The notes under the pieces were generated by a model. It saw nothing but the letters and a program-made list of their open reading frames with translations. It was not told where the DNA came from and did not search any database. Below are positions 12,108 to 25,092 of a stretch of DNA of 64,000 bases, in pieces. The stretch's first letter is position 1, and every line of letters starts with the position of its first letter. The stretch covers positions 1,733,451 to 1,797,450 of the forward strand of contig MU058289.1 in NCBI GenBank assembly GCA_013265495.1, written 5' to 3'. The position numbers and the translations under genes are program-made. This DNA comes from Vicugna vicugna. Lineage: Eukaryota.

Positions 12108-13569
12108 ATTGAAATTTCTGTTGATGCTTTGAATACTTTATGACAGCTGTTCTGAAGTCCTTGTTTACTAATTTCAACATCTGAATCACCTTGGGATCTA
12201 TTTTTATTGAATGGGGTTTTCCTTCCATGACTATCAGTCACATTTTACAGTTTATTTGTACACCTAAATTTTTAGAAATTGTATACTGGGCATTTTGCAT
12301 GATATATTGTAGAAACTCTGGATTCTGTTATAGTTCTCTGAAGAGCATTGCTTTATGTTCTATCAAGCAGTCTAATTGGTGGCAAATAACCTTGTCCTTG
12401 AGGTTATTTCATTTTCTTAGGGTGACACTTTGTTAGGGTAAGTGCATTTCAGTGTTCCTTTAGTCTTAAGGCAAACGCTGCATCCTGAGACACAGTCCTC
12501 TAAAATTCATCCTTCTGTGGTTTTAATGGAAAGCCTGATTGTTTAACAAGTCCCTCTGACTGGGGAGGATTATAAATCCAAACCATCTCCCCTGCAGTGG
12601 GTGAAATCTAAAAACTCCACTCAGTTTTGCCAGTCTTTCAGCTGCTGCTTTCCAGCAGGTTTCTTAGTTTCCCTGCGTATTCATAGTTCACAGTGAGCTA
12701 AGGATTTGAGGGGAGTTTATATGCAAATTTGGTGACTCCCCATTCTGTGGTTCCTTTTTTTTCCCACCTGGCTTTTTCCCCTCTCAATTTTCAGCTTCTC
12801 TGGCTACTTCAGCTCTTGACACTTCAAGCCAGCTCAGGCTTTCAGTTTCATTTCTAGCTGCTCCACCACATACAGACTAGGGAGTGCCTTTGGGGAAAAT
12901 TAGTAAGACACAGATCTCACCCCGTATAATTCTCTTCTTTCAGAGCTGGAATCCTCTCCTCTTTATGCCTGCTTCTGGTCACTTTCTAGTGCTTTCAAAT
13001 CATTTTTTAAATATTCGGTCCAGAGTTTATAATTATTATCTACAGAAGTGGTAGACTGACACTACAATGTAGCCTTTCATTATTGAAACCATAATTTCAC
13101 AGCAATTGTGTTTAACCATTTCTAGTATAAGGTCTTCTGAGGTTATTTCCGTACTCTAAAAACTATGCTTATGCTTGAATGTCTCAACTTCGGAATCATC
13201 TAGTGGATTTTTGCTATGTTAGATGAAAATTTAACTTAATTTATGTGTCTGTCACCTCCTCTGGCTCACTCATACCAATATAGTTACATCACTGTTTTTA
13301 GTTATTTTAATTGTTACCTATGTAACTTTAGATATCCTTCTTAAAACTATATTTCTTATTTATCAACTTTGGACAGTATCTTAATTATCCATGTTGTAAA
13401 ATGAGGATATTAGCACTTTTAACCTTCCTTCTTCCTCTTTTATTTTTTTGCCTTTCCACCCCCAGTTCCATGGCATAGTATACCTTTATTTTTGCATTGC
13501 CAAGCATAATGCCATTGATTTTCCATTTTATAAACGCAGTTATGGCATCTGTGACTTACCTATGGCTTG

Positions 13570-13960
13570 ACTCAACATTTATTAGTGCAACAAACATTTA
13601 TTGCAGACCTACCATGTGCTAGCCACTGTCCTTGGTGCTGGGCATACTGCAGTGAATACAATAGTAAAGAAAAATCCCTGCCCTTGTGGAACATACTTTA
13701 TAGTAGGGAGTGGAGTGGAGGCAGAAAATAAACAAGATGAAGAAGTAAAATATTTAGTATGGTAGTTGTGCTTAGGAGAAAAATTAAGCTACGAAGGGAT
13801 ACAGGGAGTGTGTGTGTGTACATGTGTGCACACATGCCTGTGTGTTTTGCAGTTTAGACGGAATTGTTAGAAAAGTTCTAAAAGGCAGTATTTGAGTAAA
13901 TTCTGAAGGAGGTAAGGGAATAATCCAGGAGATATCTGGGCAAAGAGTTCTGGGTAGTAA
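13570..13960 (-). mobile_element. L2 3' end fragment
   Basis: caacaaacatttattg...ctaccatgtgctagccactgtcc...aaatccctgcccttgtgga is the canonical antisense L2 tail. Confidence 0.8.
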
Positions 13961-14599
13961 GTACATATTCATCATAAAGAGTAAATATTATTTCCCTTAG
14001 AGCTAAGAAGAGACTCTGACAACTTTCCTTCTCAATGATCCAGGGACCCCACTATTGTGCCACTCACAGCATGTTCAAAAGAATTTGTTCTTGTTCTCAA
14101 CTAATTGCTCACAGTCATGTCACGTTTTCCCCTACATTGTATGTAGATCATATTTTCTTGTTTTTTTTCCCCACCCACTTGGCTTGTTACTTTTCTTTAT
14201 TCTTGATGAAAGAAGAAACATTTTATTCATTCTGTTATTATACCTTCCGGGTTATTTTCTCCATTACTTAGAATTTATTCAATTCTTTTTTCATATCCAC
14301 CGAGTTCTGCTCACATCTGCCCCAATTTTACAATATTTTGTTATGACTTTATTGCCCAGCTGTTAGTTTTTCCTAGAGTTTTCTAGTTATCTTTCCTTTT
14401 CTTTTTCACCTTGCATTCTGTGCATTTTTCATATTTTCAGTTATTATAAAGGCCAGTCATACTCTCCTGTGGAATCCCCCCACATCTTTTTCTGGACTCC
14501 TGTCTTCCAAAGCCTGCTGTCTTCCTGCTCCAGGCAAGGCTGGTGGCTTCTCTGGCTGCTGTATAGCTGACATTCTGGTTTCTCCCTGCCCTCCCAGCT

Positions 14600-14960
14600 C
14601 CATGTCTTCTTCTGTATCAGCTAGACCTTTGAATACAGGATTAGTTCCTTTAAATGACTTCTTCAGAAGACGGATGTGGGAAGGAAATTCTCTGAGTGTT
14701 TGCATGTCTGAAAAGTGCTTTCGTTCTGTCCTTAAACTTGGTTGATAATTTGGCTGGGTATAGAATTCTAGATATAAGTATCCTGCAGCAATTTGAAAGT
14801 CATGCTCCATTGTTCTCAGTTGTCTAGTATTGCTGATGAGAAATCTAATGTGAGTCTGATTCTGGTTGATGTTGTTGTTTTCAATAGCTAACTTTTGTTT
14901 TTCTTTAAGGAGTCTTTTCAAATCTTCCTTCTTGGTATTCTGAAATTTCACAGTGGTATA
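14600..14960 (-). mobile_element. Decayed L1/HAL1 ORF1 C-terminal fragment
   Basis: The start of ORF 14457-14951 (KFQNTKKEDLK...IR) and DNA for ILYPAKLS (aatttggctgggtatagaattcta) resemble the L1 ORF1 C-terminal domain. Confidence 0.6.
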
Positions 14961-15424
14961 TTTATGTTGGGTCTTTTACATTCAGCTTTGAGAGGTCCTC
15001 TTACCTTAAAGGTGATGTTATACCCATGTACTGAAGGGCAGAATGAATACTTGACTGCTGGTTTTGTTACATTTGGAGTTGAGAAGGCAAAGGGCAGATC
15101 ATTCAGAATGCAGACCCTTTAATCAATTCTTCCTGTTTCCAGCCTCACTGGTCACTCCATGGTTGTCAAGCTTGACAATTCTGAGCCTAGAACCTCTTAT
15201 GACTCGTTTCCTACTCACAGCTACAGACCTCCCACCTGTGTTCATATCTCAGCTTTCTCTGCCCTACCTTCTCAGCTAAGTCACACTGTCCATTCTTTTC
15301 AACCAAACCTTTGCGGAAATCTCTGGTCCACCAGCAATCCCTCTCATATTCTCTGGATAGCCTGAGAGTAAAAGTTTTCTATTATTCTACCTTCATCTTC
15401 CTGGGGTTCAGGAGGAAGTCAGTC

Positions 15425-15908
15425 AGATGTCTTCCATTTACCACCCCCTCCCATCCCTTCTCACCCTCTTCTATCCTTACCTTTGTTCCAAGTGGCTGAC
15501 CACTAGAGATACCTTAACCCCTTTTCTTGCGTGCTGTGTCTGGCTGGATCCAGCCAGTGGGGAGCCCCAGCAGAAGATCAGAGGGAGGAAAGAAAGAGTG
15601 AGGCCATGGTATTTGTTCTTTCAGCTCTCTCCCTGCAAGGTTGCTTTGGGCTGGCTGAGTCCCTTGCTAAAAGCCACAGCTTTGGCCGGGTGGCCCTCTT
15701 CACACAGGCCTCTGGCTCCAGACTGTAGTAGCCTCACCTCTTCAGGTGGGTGTGTCAAAGAACCCCAATCTTTCTGGCCTTAGAGAACCGCCCATCCTTA
15801 TGATTTCCCTATACACTACCCACATCTTTGTCAATAATCTCTTTATTAAACTCTCCTGACCCCATTTGAGTGTTGTTTTATTTCCAGGTGGGACTCTCTG
15901 GCTCACAC
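15425..15908 (+). mobile_element. Solo LTR, LTR33-like (ERVL)
   Basis: ccagtggggagccccagcagaagatcagagggagg...ggtatttgttc and 3' end ttattaaactctcc...tttgagtgt...gggactctctg. Family from memory. Confidence 0.55.
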
Positions 15909-17942
15909 AAAGAGAACCAAAGTCCTATCTGTCTGGTTCACTATACTGGGTCAAGGGAATCTTAGATAGTTTTAAAAGTGCCTAACTTTTCCAGGTAAAC
16001 TGTTTTTCTTTGCATCTTGCTACCTAAGACTTTTAGGTCCTAATCCTCTGTTGCCATTCTGGTTCCCTGTTTGTTAGGGATGCTGGGATTTCCCTGTGAC
16101 TTTATAATATTCATTGGTCACAGAGGCCTTTAGAGAGCAGGGTTCCCAGCATGAGAGGCTGTAACTAGTACCTAGTTGGACTGAATTATCCAGGCATACC
16201 CTTGAGTCTGTTTGTGTCCTTGAAGGTTTTTAGCTTACAGTTTAGGCACCTGCCTCTGGGTGGCGGTGCCTTGTTACTGACTAATCAGGAAGGGTCTTCT
16301 GGGATGAATAGTGACAAACCCGACTCTTAACTGTGTCTCTTTCAGCCACAAGGAACTCAGGAGTCATTTGTGGGCACATCTGCCTCTTCCTCCAGACTGA
16401 TGTCCCTAATGGCAGAGCCCGTGTCCTTGTTAAGTGTATGTTGCCAACAGCCAGTCCAGAGGCTGCCCATAGCAGGAGGGAAAATACTATTTGTATAATG
16501 AAGGAAGCTGTCCTCAGAGAGCTATAAAACCACAGCCCCAGTTGAACATCTCTTCTACTCACCCCATCCAGTTTTGCTCCATAAATAAATGACTAGGGGG
16601 CTGTGAAATCTCTGTGAAGGGTGTTCATCTTAGTCCACAGACCCCCGTGTAAAAGAAATGAAGCTTCCCTTTATTTCCTTTAAATCAAAATCAATTGAAT
16701 TCTGAATCCCCACATGGCTGGGTTGAGGGAAATTTGATCCCATTCATCCTGCAGTGTGGGAATAAAATGTCCTCCTTCCCAGGGTCTCACAAGGATCTGG
16801 GAAGCTTCCTGCGCACCTGGACGATGGGGGAGGAGACCCATCTTCAGTCTCTCAGTCGCCGCAGTGGCCTCATTTCCAAGTTTCCTTGAAGGCAGGTAGC
16901 TCTGCTGCTTCTATCATGAGCTTAGTTCTGGGATCACGGCCAATGCTGGAAGCCTCGGGTTCAACTACCTCTGGGGTACACTGAGCTGGTACCTTCCAGT
17001 GAAGCCCAGTTCCCCCACTGCTTCAGGTACCTGCTGACTCAGTCCCTCCCCAGGTGGGCATCTTGTGCTCTGTTTGTCCCTGCTTCAGCCTCTCAGGTTT
17101 AGCCTTTGCCCTTCTTGCTTCTTTTCCCTACTGACAATCTCCTCGAGGAACTAAGGCTTCTGGGAAACCAAAGCCAGTGAGGTTACTTACCTGTAAGAAA
17201 ACTTCTGGTTATCCTTTAGGACAAAGCATAAGTTCATTTCTCAGCGGATTTCCCCACCCACTGCCTAGGCAGGACTAGTGATCGACCAGGATGCCGTCAC
17301 CTGTCTATTGTTAAGTGTTTTGGACTCGCCCCTGCATCTCGGCACCTGTGTTGGAGATTTTGCCTCTTCTCCCACTGCAAGCTCGGACTCCTGACTCACA
17401 GCCTGGTTGTGATGAAATAAGTGGCAGCTGAGTGGTGACTAATAAGTGTTCATCCCTTTCCTTTTCCCTTCTTGCTCATGGTTTTAAGTTTTCTCACTAC
17501 CGCACCGCAAATTCCTTGTCACCATCTCCTATGGCAAGTAGCGAGGAATCCATTTCTGTAGAATTCAACCCGCTACCTGACCTGGATATTTGTTCTAAGT
17601 CTCCACCATATTTAAGCTGCCACTTTGTCCTCCTGGGCAGAGTGAGGAAGGATCTTCTTCTGCCTTTGGGTTCTGTACTTAAAGAAGGAAAATGAAAACT
17701 TCAGGGGACTGCATCCTGCCTCCGTGGCGGTTTTGGCTGTCACTGTGCCGGGCAGAGTGAAGGCTGGGCCTGGTCTTCCTTCTGCAAGAGGACTTCTCCA
17801 GGGCCCCAGTGAGTCATCTCCTGAACTGACTACTTCCTCAAGGAAGCTCATATGCAATTTCTCAACCACTTCTGAACTGTTCATTGGGCAAATCTGCTAA
17901 CTTAGAATTGGAAGTTCTGAATTCAGTAAAATAAATGACTTT

Positions 17943-18121
17943 CTTTTTCTAAAATTTTATTTATTTATATATATTTATCTTTTGTTTTGATTAGTTTTTG
18001 CTTGGGCGGCTAATTAGGTTTATTTATTTACTTATTTATTTTAATGGAGGTACTGGGGATTGAACCCAGGACCTCGTGCATGCTAAGCATGCACTCTACC
18101 TTTGAGCTATACCCTCCCCCC
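17943..18121 (-). mobile_element. Vic-1-like SINE
   Basis: Near-consensus antisense head. TSD aatgacttt at 17934-17942 and 18122-18130. Confidence 0.92.
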
Positions 18122-19853
18122 AATGACTTTTAAAATAACTTTTGCAGATAAAATAATATAAAAATAGTATAATTCATCATGGAAAATGTGGAAAGTACAG
18201 ATGTGCATGTTTATATGCATGCACAGTATTTTCTGCCTCCTCAGCATCTTCGCCTGGTTAGGCATTGGCTGGGGCCACCCTGTAACCTGTGCCTTCTGCA
18301 GGCTTGCCCAGCTCAGGACTCTGTTCTTCCAGTTGCTCGGTCATCCTGGAATCCACTCTGTCTCACCTACACGTTTAATCCATTAGCAAATTCTGTTGAT
18401 TCTTTTAAAAAAAAATCCACTTAAATCTGGGCACTTTTCACAGAACCTGCCACTCTCCTATTCCAAACTCCAGCTCTTGTCTGGATCCACACAGAGCCTC
18501 ATCGCCGTCTCTCCCTTATGACCTGGACCCCTGACAGTCTATTCTCTGAGAGCAGCCAGGGATGTCTGTTTCTTGCATAAGGTTGATGCAGGCCACAACT
18601 CCTGCCACAACTAGAAAACCCATCAAAATATATGAAACAACCACTGTAAGTACATAAACTCTTTCTAAATTTGTACATATTCATGGATCTGAAAATGAAC
18701 TTTCTATTCTCTTCCACAGGTCTGTCTGTGTAATCCCCCACCGGTAAAATACTTTAGTTGTCAAAACTATATCATACCTGTCAGTATATGGTAGCAAGTC
18801 TCACCCCATTACCCTTCTTTTGCAAAATGCTCTTGGCTGAATCAGGTGTGTCTTTTCCCAGGTGAATTCTGTAAGGCTTTTATTGGAATTATTTTATACT
18901 TGTAGATTTAACTAAAGATTAATGGATTTCTTCCAGTGTGAAATCTACTCATCTGAGAATACAGAAAACTACACAGCATTGATTATGGGAGCTATATAAT
19001 AAGTCTTGAAATTAGATAGACTGATTCATCCCACTATAGTCTTCTTTGAACTGTTTGAGCTATTCTAGTTTCTTTACCTTTTCATGTACATTTTAGAGTA
19101 AGCTTGTCTATATCTACAAGATTTAGTCCTCAGTGAATCTTTATGGTTTTTCCTGCATAACTCCAGCATATTTGTTTTTGAGTGTATGCCTAGATATTTC
19201 ATTTTGTTTATTGTTGCTATGAATAGGATTATTTTGATACCATATTTTAATTGACTATTGTTATTGCCTTTTATGTATTTTTTTTTAGCTGGCCGCTTTG
19301 CAAAATTTTTAAATCAATTCTAACAGTTCTTTTCCCTGTATGGCTTCAATTATTTCAAATTTGTTAAAGTTTGTTTCTTGGCCCATGGTACGATCCATCT
19401 TGGTATATGTTCCATAGACACTTGAAAAGAATATGTATTTTGTTACTGTTGGGTGAAGTATTCTATAAATGTTGATTAGACTCTTTGGTTGATGGTATTG
19501 TTGCCTATGTCCTTGCTGGTTCTCTGTCTAGTTTTTCTACCAATTGTTGAGGTGGAGGTGTTGAAGTCTTTACCTGTAATTGTGAGTTTGTCTATTTCTC
19601 CTTCTGTTTCTATCAGTTTTTGCCTTACGTATTTTGTAGCTCTCTTGTTTGGTGCATACAATCAGGATTGCTATGTCTTCTAGGTGGACTGATCCTTTTA
19701 TCATTACGTAATGAAACTCTCAGTCTCTGGCAGTTTTCTTTGCTCTAAAGTCTACTTTAGCTGAGATTAACATATCCACTCCTGTTTTCTTTTGAGTGAT
19801 GTTTGCATGGCGTAGCTTTTTCTGTCCTTTTACTTTCAACCTACCTACCTCAT

Positions 19854-20217
19854 TGCTATAGACTGAATGTTCGTTCTGTCCCTCCAAAATTCATGTATTA
19901 TAGCCTAATCCACAATGTGTTGGTATTTGGAGTTGGGGCCCTTGGGAGGTAACTAGGTCATCAGGGCTCTGTGTCATGAATGAGATTAGTGGCCTCATAA
20001 AAGAGACTCCAGAGAGTCTGCCATGTTCTGCCATGTAAAGACACAGTGAAAAGATGGCTGTCTATGAATCTGTAAGTGGTCTCTCACCAGACGCCAAATG
20101 GAAGGTGCCTCGATCTTGGACTTCCCAGCCTCCAGAACTGTAAGAAATAAATATTTGTTGTTTAAAAGTCACCCCATCAGTGGTATTTTGTTATAGCAGC
20201 CCAAGTGAACTAAGACA
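19854..20217 (+). mobile_element. MaLR solo LTR, MLT1A-like
   Basis: Starts tgctatagactgaatg and ends tggtattttgttatagcagcccaagtgaactaagaca. Contains cttggacttcccagcctccagaactgtaagaaataaa. Confidence 0.88.
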
Positions 20218-20271
20218 ATTATTATATTTGAAGTGAGTTTCTAATAGCATATACAGTTGGGTCATCTTTTT

Positions 20272-20339
20272 AAAAAAACTTATTTAAGTATAGTTGATGT
20301 ACAGTATTATGTAAGTTACAGGTGTACAATATAGTGATT
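20272..20339 (-). mobile_element. Ultra-short L1 3'-tip insertion with 17-bp TSD
   Basis: Perfect direct repeat agttgggtcatcttttt at 20255-20271 and 20340-20356. Insert resembles the L1 3' end at 47415-47470. Confidence 0.82.
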
Positions 20340-20426
20340 AGTTGGGTCATCTTTTTCATTCCATTCTAACAATCTCTTTTAATTGGTGTTTTTAAGCCAT
20401 TTACATTAAATGTAATTATTGGTTAC

Positions 20427-20651
20427 AGCTGGCCCTTGGACAACAACAGGGTGGTGAGGGGGGCCAATGCTCCATGCAGTTGAAAATCCACATATAACTT
20501 AGAGTTGGCCCTCCATATTTGCAGTTCTCTATGGGGTTTGGCATCTGCAGTTTCAGTCAACACAGATGGCGTGGTACTATATTTACTCTTGAAAAAAATC
20601 CACATAAAGTGGAACTATGAAGTTCAAACTCATCTTGTTCAAGAATCAGGG
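20427..20651. mobile_element. Tc1/mariner Tigger2/MER8-like non-autonomous DNA transposon
   Basis: Follows TA. Degenerate inverted ends cagctggcccttggacaac ... cttgttcaagaatcagg. Internal gttgaaaatccacatataact. Confidence 0.7.
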
Positions 20652-22812
20652 CTTATGTCTGCTATTTTATTTTTTGTTTATTCCTTCTGTTTTTTTTTTA
20701 ATTTCTCTGCTTTATTTTACCTGCCATCCTATGGATTTTTTAAGAATTCCACTTAAATTTATTAGTGTTTTCCACTGTATTTCTTTGTATAGCTTTCTTA
20801 GTAATAGGTATTGCATTATATAGACAGAACTTATCACAGTCTACAAGTGTTGACATTTTACAAGTTTGAGTGAAGTATAGAAACCTTACCTCCCTTTATG
20901 TCTTTTTACCCTTCCCCATTTATAACTGTCTTAAGAATTTCCTATATATACATTTAGAATCACATTAGCTAGTATTTTATAATTCCTTTAAATGTCAGAA
21001 CTTAAAAAAAAACTAAGAGGTGATGGAAAATGTGTTTAACCATATTTTCATTCTTTCTATTGTTCTTTCTTCTTTCCCAGTGGTCCAAATTTCTTCTTTT
21101 ACAGTTTCATTCCTGTTTTGAGAACTTCCCTTAGCCATTCTTTTCAGGTAGTCTGCTGTCAACAAGTTCTCTTAATTTTCCTTCATCTGAAAATGTCCTG
21201 ATTTCCTCTTTATTTCTAATGGATATTTTCAGTGGATATAGAGTATTGGGTCAACAGCTCTTTTCTTCCAGCACTTGAAAATTGTGCCACTTCCTTCTGG
21301 CTTCCATGGTTTCTGCAGTCATTCAAACTGCTCTCCGCCCTGTAAGAAAGGCATTGTTTCTCTCTCACTGCTTTGAAGATATGATTTTTTTTTTTTGCCT
21401 TTCACTTTAAGAAGTTTGACTATGCTGTGTCTTGATGTGGATTTATTTGGATTTATCCTATTTGGGACTTTTTTTCAGCTTATTCAATCTATAGGCTTAT
21501 GTCTTTGCCAAGTTTGAGGACTTTTAAACATTATACATCCTTGAATATTTTTGGCCTCACCCTCTTGCTCCTCTCCTGGGATTCTGATGCCATGAGTGTT
21601 AAATATTTTGTTATAGTCCCATAGGCTCCTGAGGCTCTGTTCATTTTTTTTAAAGCCTGTTTTCTGTCTGTTGTTCAGATTGGGTAATTTATATTGTTCA
21701 AAACTGATTCTTTCCTCTGCCCTTCCTCTCTGTCCTCTCCCTATTGGTCCTATTCATTGAGTTAAAAACCTTTTTTTTCAGTTGTTATGTTTTTTCAGTT
21801 CTGAAATTTACATCTGCTTCTTCTTTATATATTTTATTATTTCCTGAGATTTTCTATTTTTTCATTTGTTCAAACTTGTTCCTAATTGTTTGTTGAAACG
21901 TTTTATGATGGCTACTTTGAAATATTTGTCAAATGATTCTAACATCTCTGTTATTTTGTTGTTGGCATCTGTTGATTGCCTTTTTTGATTCAAGTTAAGA
22001 TTCCCTGGGTTCTTGATATGTTGAGTGATTTTTGATTGGAACTTGGACATTTTAGGTATTGTGTTATAAGAATCTGAATCTTATTTAAATTTTCTGTTTT
22101 AGCTAATTTCTTTTGACAGTGTTCCAGTAGGGGAAAGGAGGTGCTGCCTCATTGCTGCCAAGCAGTGGTAGAAATCCAGGTTCCTACTTGGCCTTTGTTG
22201 ACCCCAGTGAAGGGGAGAGGCTCCTTACTAGGATTGGTTGGGGCTGGGGGCTTTGGCTCCCCACTAGGCCTGTGCTGACACTGCAGAAGGAGGGATGGGG
22301 TAGCCTCATTACCACTGGGCAGTGGTGAAAGTCCTGGCTCTTCTCACCACCCCTGTGGGGAGAGTGAGAGTGCCTTGTTACTACAGCCTATGGGTGGAAA
22401 TCCCAGCTCCGTGCTCAGCCTTTTCTGACACCACCGTCTCAAGGGGTTTGGTACAGCTCATTACAGCCTGGTGAAGGTGGAAGTCCAGGCTCCCTACTCA
22501 CCCTTTGCAGGCAGGTGGGGCCACAGTTGTTCTGTGATATTTCCCTGGAGTAGAATAGCTATTGTCTAAAGTTTTCTTTCTTGCTGGTTTCTTCCCTGGT
22601 CCTTTGGCTAGAAAGAACAGATTTTTGTTGGGGCTTTTTTTGGGGGAGGGGGTTCTGTGCAGCATGGTCTCTCTGGGTTACAGCTTCTTTAGCTATAAGT
22701 CTGGAATATTTTTAAAAAACCCCTAGAGAACTCACTACCATGTTGTTCCTTGATAGTCATCTCCAGCCTCTCTAGCTGGTTTGCATTTCTCTCCATTTTT
22801 CAGTTTGATGTT

Positions 22813-22864
22813 TATATATCTATATATCTATATCTATATATCTCTATATATCTATATATCTATC
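22813..22864. repeat. (TATATC)n-type microsatellite
   Basis: Directly visible. Confidence 0.95.
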
Positions 22865-24945
22865 TCAGAAGTGTTTAGATGTACTTAGACAGAGAAATAG
22901 GGAAAAGTACATTGATTACATCTCCCAGAACTTTAGAGAGCATTTTATTTCATATCTTTTTCTTACCTAGTGTATAGGCTAGTGTTTCTGGAACAGCATT
23001 TAATAGTATCAGGAATAACATCTATTCTTTTCTCATTCCTCACTCACTAGGAATGCCTCTGATGCTGCCCCATGAAGTCTGATGCTCAGTGCTGGGCATT
23101 AGTTTGAGACATCAAATTCAGTATGCTTAAATTCAGTTGAACAAGTATTTAGTAGTACCTGTCATGTGCAAGTCACTGCTCTAAAGCTGGGAATATGGCT
23201 AGCAGGGAATAAAAAGGTCATAATTGTTTTCTCTTATATTGAAAGTTAATTTTTTTCTCTACTACAAGACCAACCTTTATATTAACACTATGTCTCCCAT
23301 TCCTTCATCACTCTTACCTGCTCTGTACAGGAGTGGGGGCAGGGAATGATGTGGTTCACAGTTAGATACAAGGAATATGCGCTATATTAAGTTATATTAA
23401 ATCTATGGGCCCGTCTTGGTTAAGACTCTTAAGTGTCAAGTTATAAAGTTCAGGCTAGCAGAAGTAAATGGAGGAAACTACATTCATTGTACAATGAAGA
23501 CCACTTGTTGGATTCCAGAGGGAAGCTATGTAGCTGAGTCTCAATTCTCAGGAAGAACTGGAACCAGGATCCACCAGGACCTTTTGACACATGTTCTCTC
23601 CCTCTCTCCAGGCCCTTGGCCTCCACTTCCCCTAGGGAGTTGGGTTCATTCTTCTTTCTCTGCCTCGGGTAGACACACCCCAGGTTCCAGGCTCATGTCC
23701 TATTTTTCAAGGAAATAGTCTGGGCTGAACTATCCTCACCCTCAGCATCAGACTGGTTCAACTGGACACTTTTCCATCCCTGATCCAGAGAGCCTGGTAA
23801 TGGGGTACAAACATGGCTGCTAGGAGTTCACCTTTATGTTGGGGCTGGGCAGTACTCCAAAAGATGGTGTGGGTAGTCTCACTATGTTTTATGATTATAC
23901 CTTGATGGCATGAGGCTACAGGGATGACATAAAGAATCATTTTATACATGCAACAATGTAACTGCATAGAATGACTATCACTGGGCCTCCAAATTAGGGC
24001 ATCTGTAAATTGCTGTAAGAATGTTTGGCCTGGGGTTGTGCCCTTTTCTGGTTTGAGTAGTGCAGTTTTTATCACTCGTGGGCCCTCTTCCTTGCCATGG
24101 GTCGTGGTATGGCTTATACCAGACTCTTTGTCTCTAATTTATATTCACCTTCCCTTCTGCTTGGGCTTATAGATAGGTCCAGTACAGAGATTCTTTTGAG
24201 TACAAATACTTTCAAATTAATGACCTAGCCAGCAACCTAAAACCAGGAATTCTAGTCTATCTCCTCTCCCTCTTGCCCCCAAATCTTTTTCTTTACTCTT
24301 TTTCTTGTATTGGTGTAGTAATGTTTGGTGTAGTTGAGAAAGTTAGTTGCTTGCTTCCACATCATCTCCAGTTTTCAAATACAAACATACACAATTATGA
24401 GCTGCAACTTATTGTCATTTTCCACCTTTTTTTTCCCTCACTGCTGCTTTCCTTTTTTCTTAGACCATTATTAAGCATATCCCACCATTCCAAGGGTCAA
24501 GGACCCTTTCTCCAGGCGGTGCTTCTAGCATTTAGATGTTCTACACAACTTCCTTCCTCTGCTACTTCTCTGGGGTCCTGGTCCTACTCACCTAGGAAGA
24601 ATTACATCAACACCAATTTCCAGGGCTCAGAGGCACAAATAGAAGGGTTCACTCCTTTGATAGCCCCAGCAGGAATTCAGGGCAGCTAGGAACAAAGGAT
24701 ATCATGTGTCCTCTGGTGAAGTCGCCACTCATGTCACTGAGAACAGCCTATCCAGCGACCCATGTCATTGGCTTTGAATTCCCCAAATATCCCAAGAAAT
24801 CAAAGCCAATCAAGATTGCCAGGGGACAGAAGCAAATTACATGTCAAAAACCATCAGGAAAAGTGCACCAAATATTACTGCTGAACAACTTTCACCTACA
24901 CGATTCAAGCTGGAAGATTTCCATAAGCCCAGGTGCCATACATTT

Positions 24946-25092
24946 ATGTTTCTTTGATTCTAAAACACCACTAATTTTAGAAAGCATCACGCCTAGAATA
25001 ACAAAAGAAAGCCCTGGAAAGTTTCTTTTGACATCTTGATCCACAAAACATTAAAGTATAGGGCAAATGCATCTTAAAATTGAAGAATTACA
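24946..25092. mobile_element. Possible ancient Tigger-type MITE
   Basis: Imperfect terminal inverted repeats tatgtttctttgattctaaaacac / tgcatcttaaaattgaagaattaca. Confidence 0.35.

Larger units (their letters stand above)
10137..13100 (-). mobile_element. Old L1M 5'-half fragments (endonuclease region, ORF1, 5' region)
   Basis: Antisense L1 motifs such as cttcatgtattttgaaactctgttactagg and gaagaacttcctttagcatttcttgta...ctgaaaacatctttatttcatctcat. Heavily decayed. Confidence 0.7.
18620..22930 (-). mobile_element. Old L1M fragments (ORF2 pieces, endonuclease, ORF1, 5' region)
   Basis: ORF 19476-19661 (YAPNKRATKYVRQKLIE...DFNT) is an L1 endonuclease remnant. ORF1-like and 5' sequence follows to ~22930. 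Interrupted by MLT1, an L1 tip and a Tigger. Confidence 0.8.

Noticed and set aside
14457..14951. 164-aa minus-strand ORF
   Set aside because: Frame-drifting remnant of an L1/HAL1 ORF1. Motifs fall in different frames, so it is not a domesticated gene on this evidence.
17943..18121. tRNA-like sequences with A and B boxes (also 2711, 8130, 11975, 53437, 58700)
   Set aside because: They have AT-rich tails and mostly clear TSDs, and lack a complete cloverleaf, so they are SINEs rather than tRNA genes.
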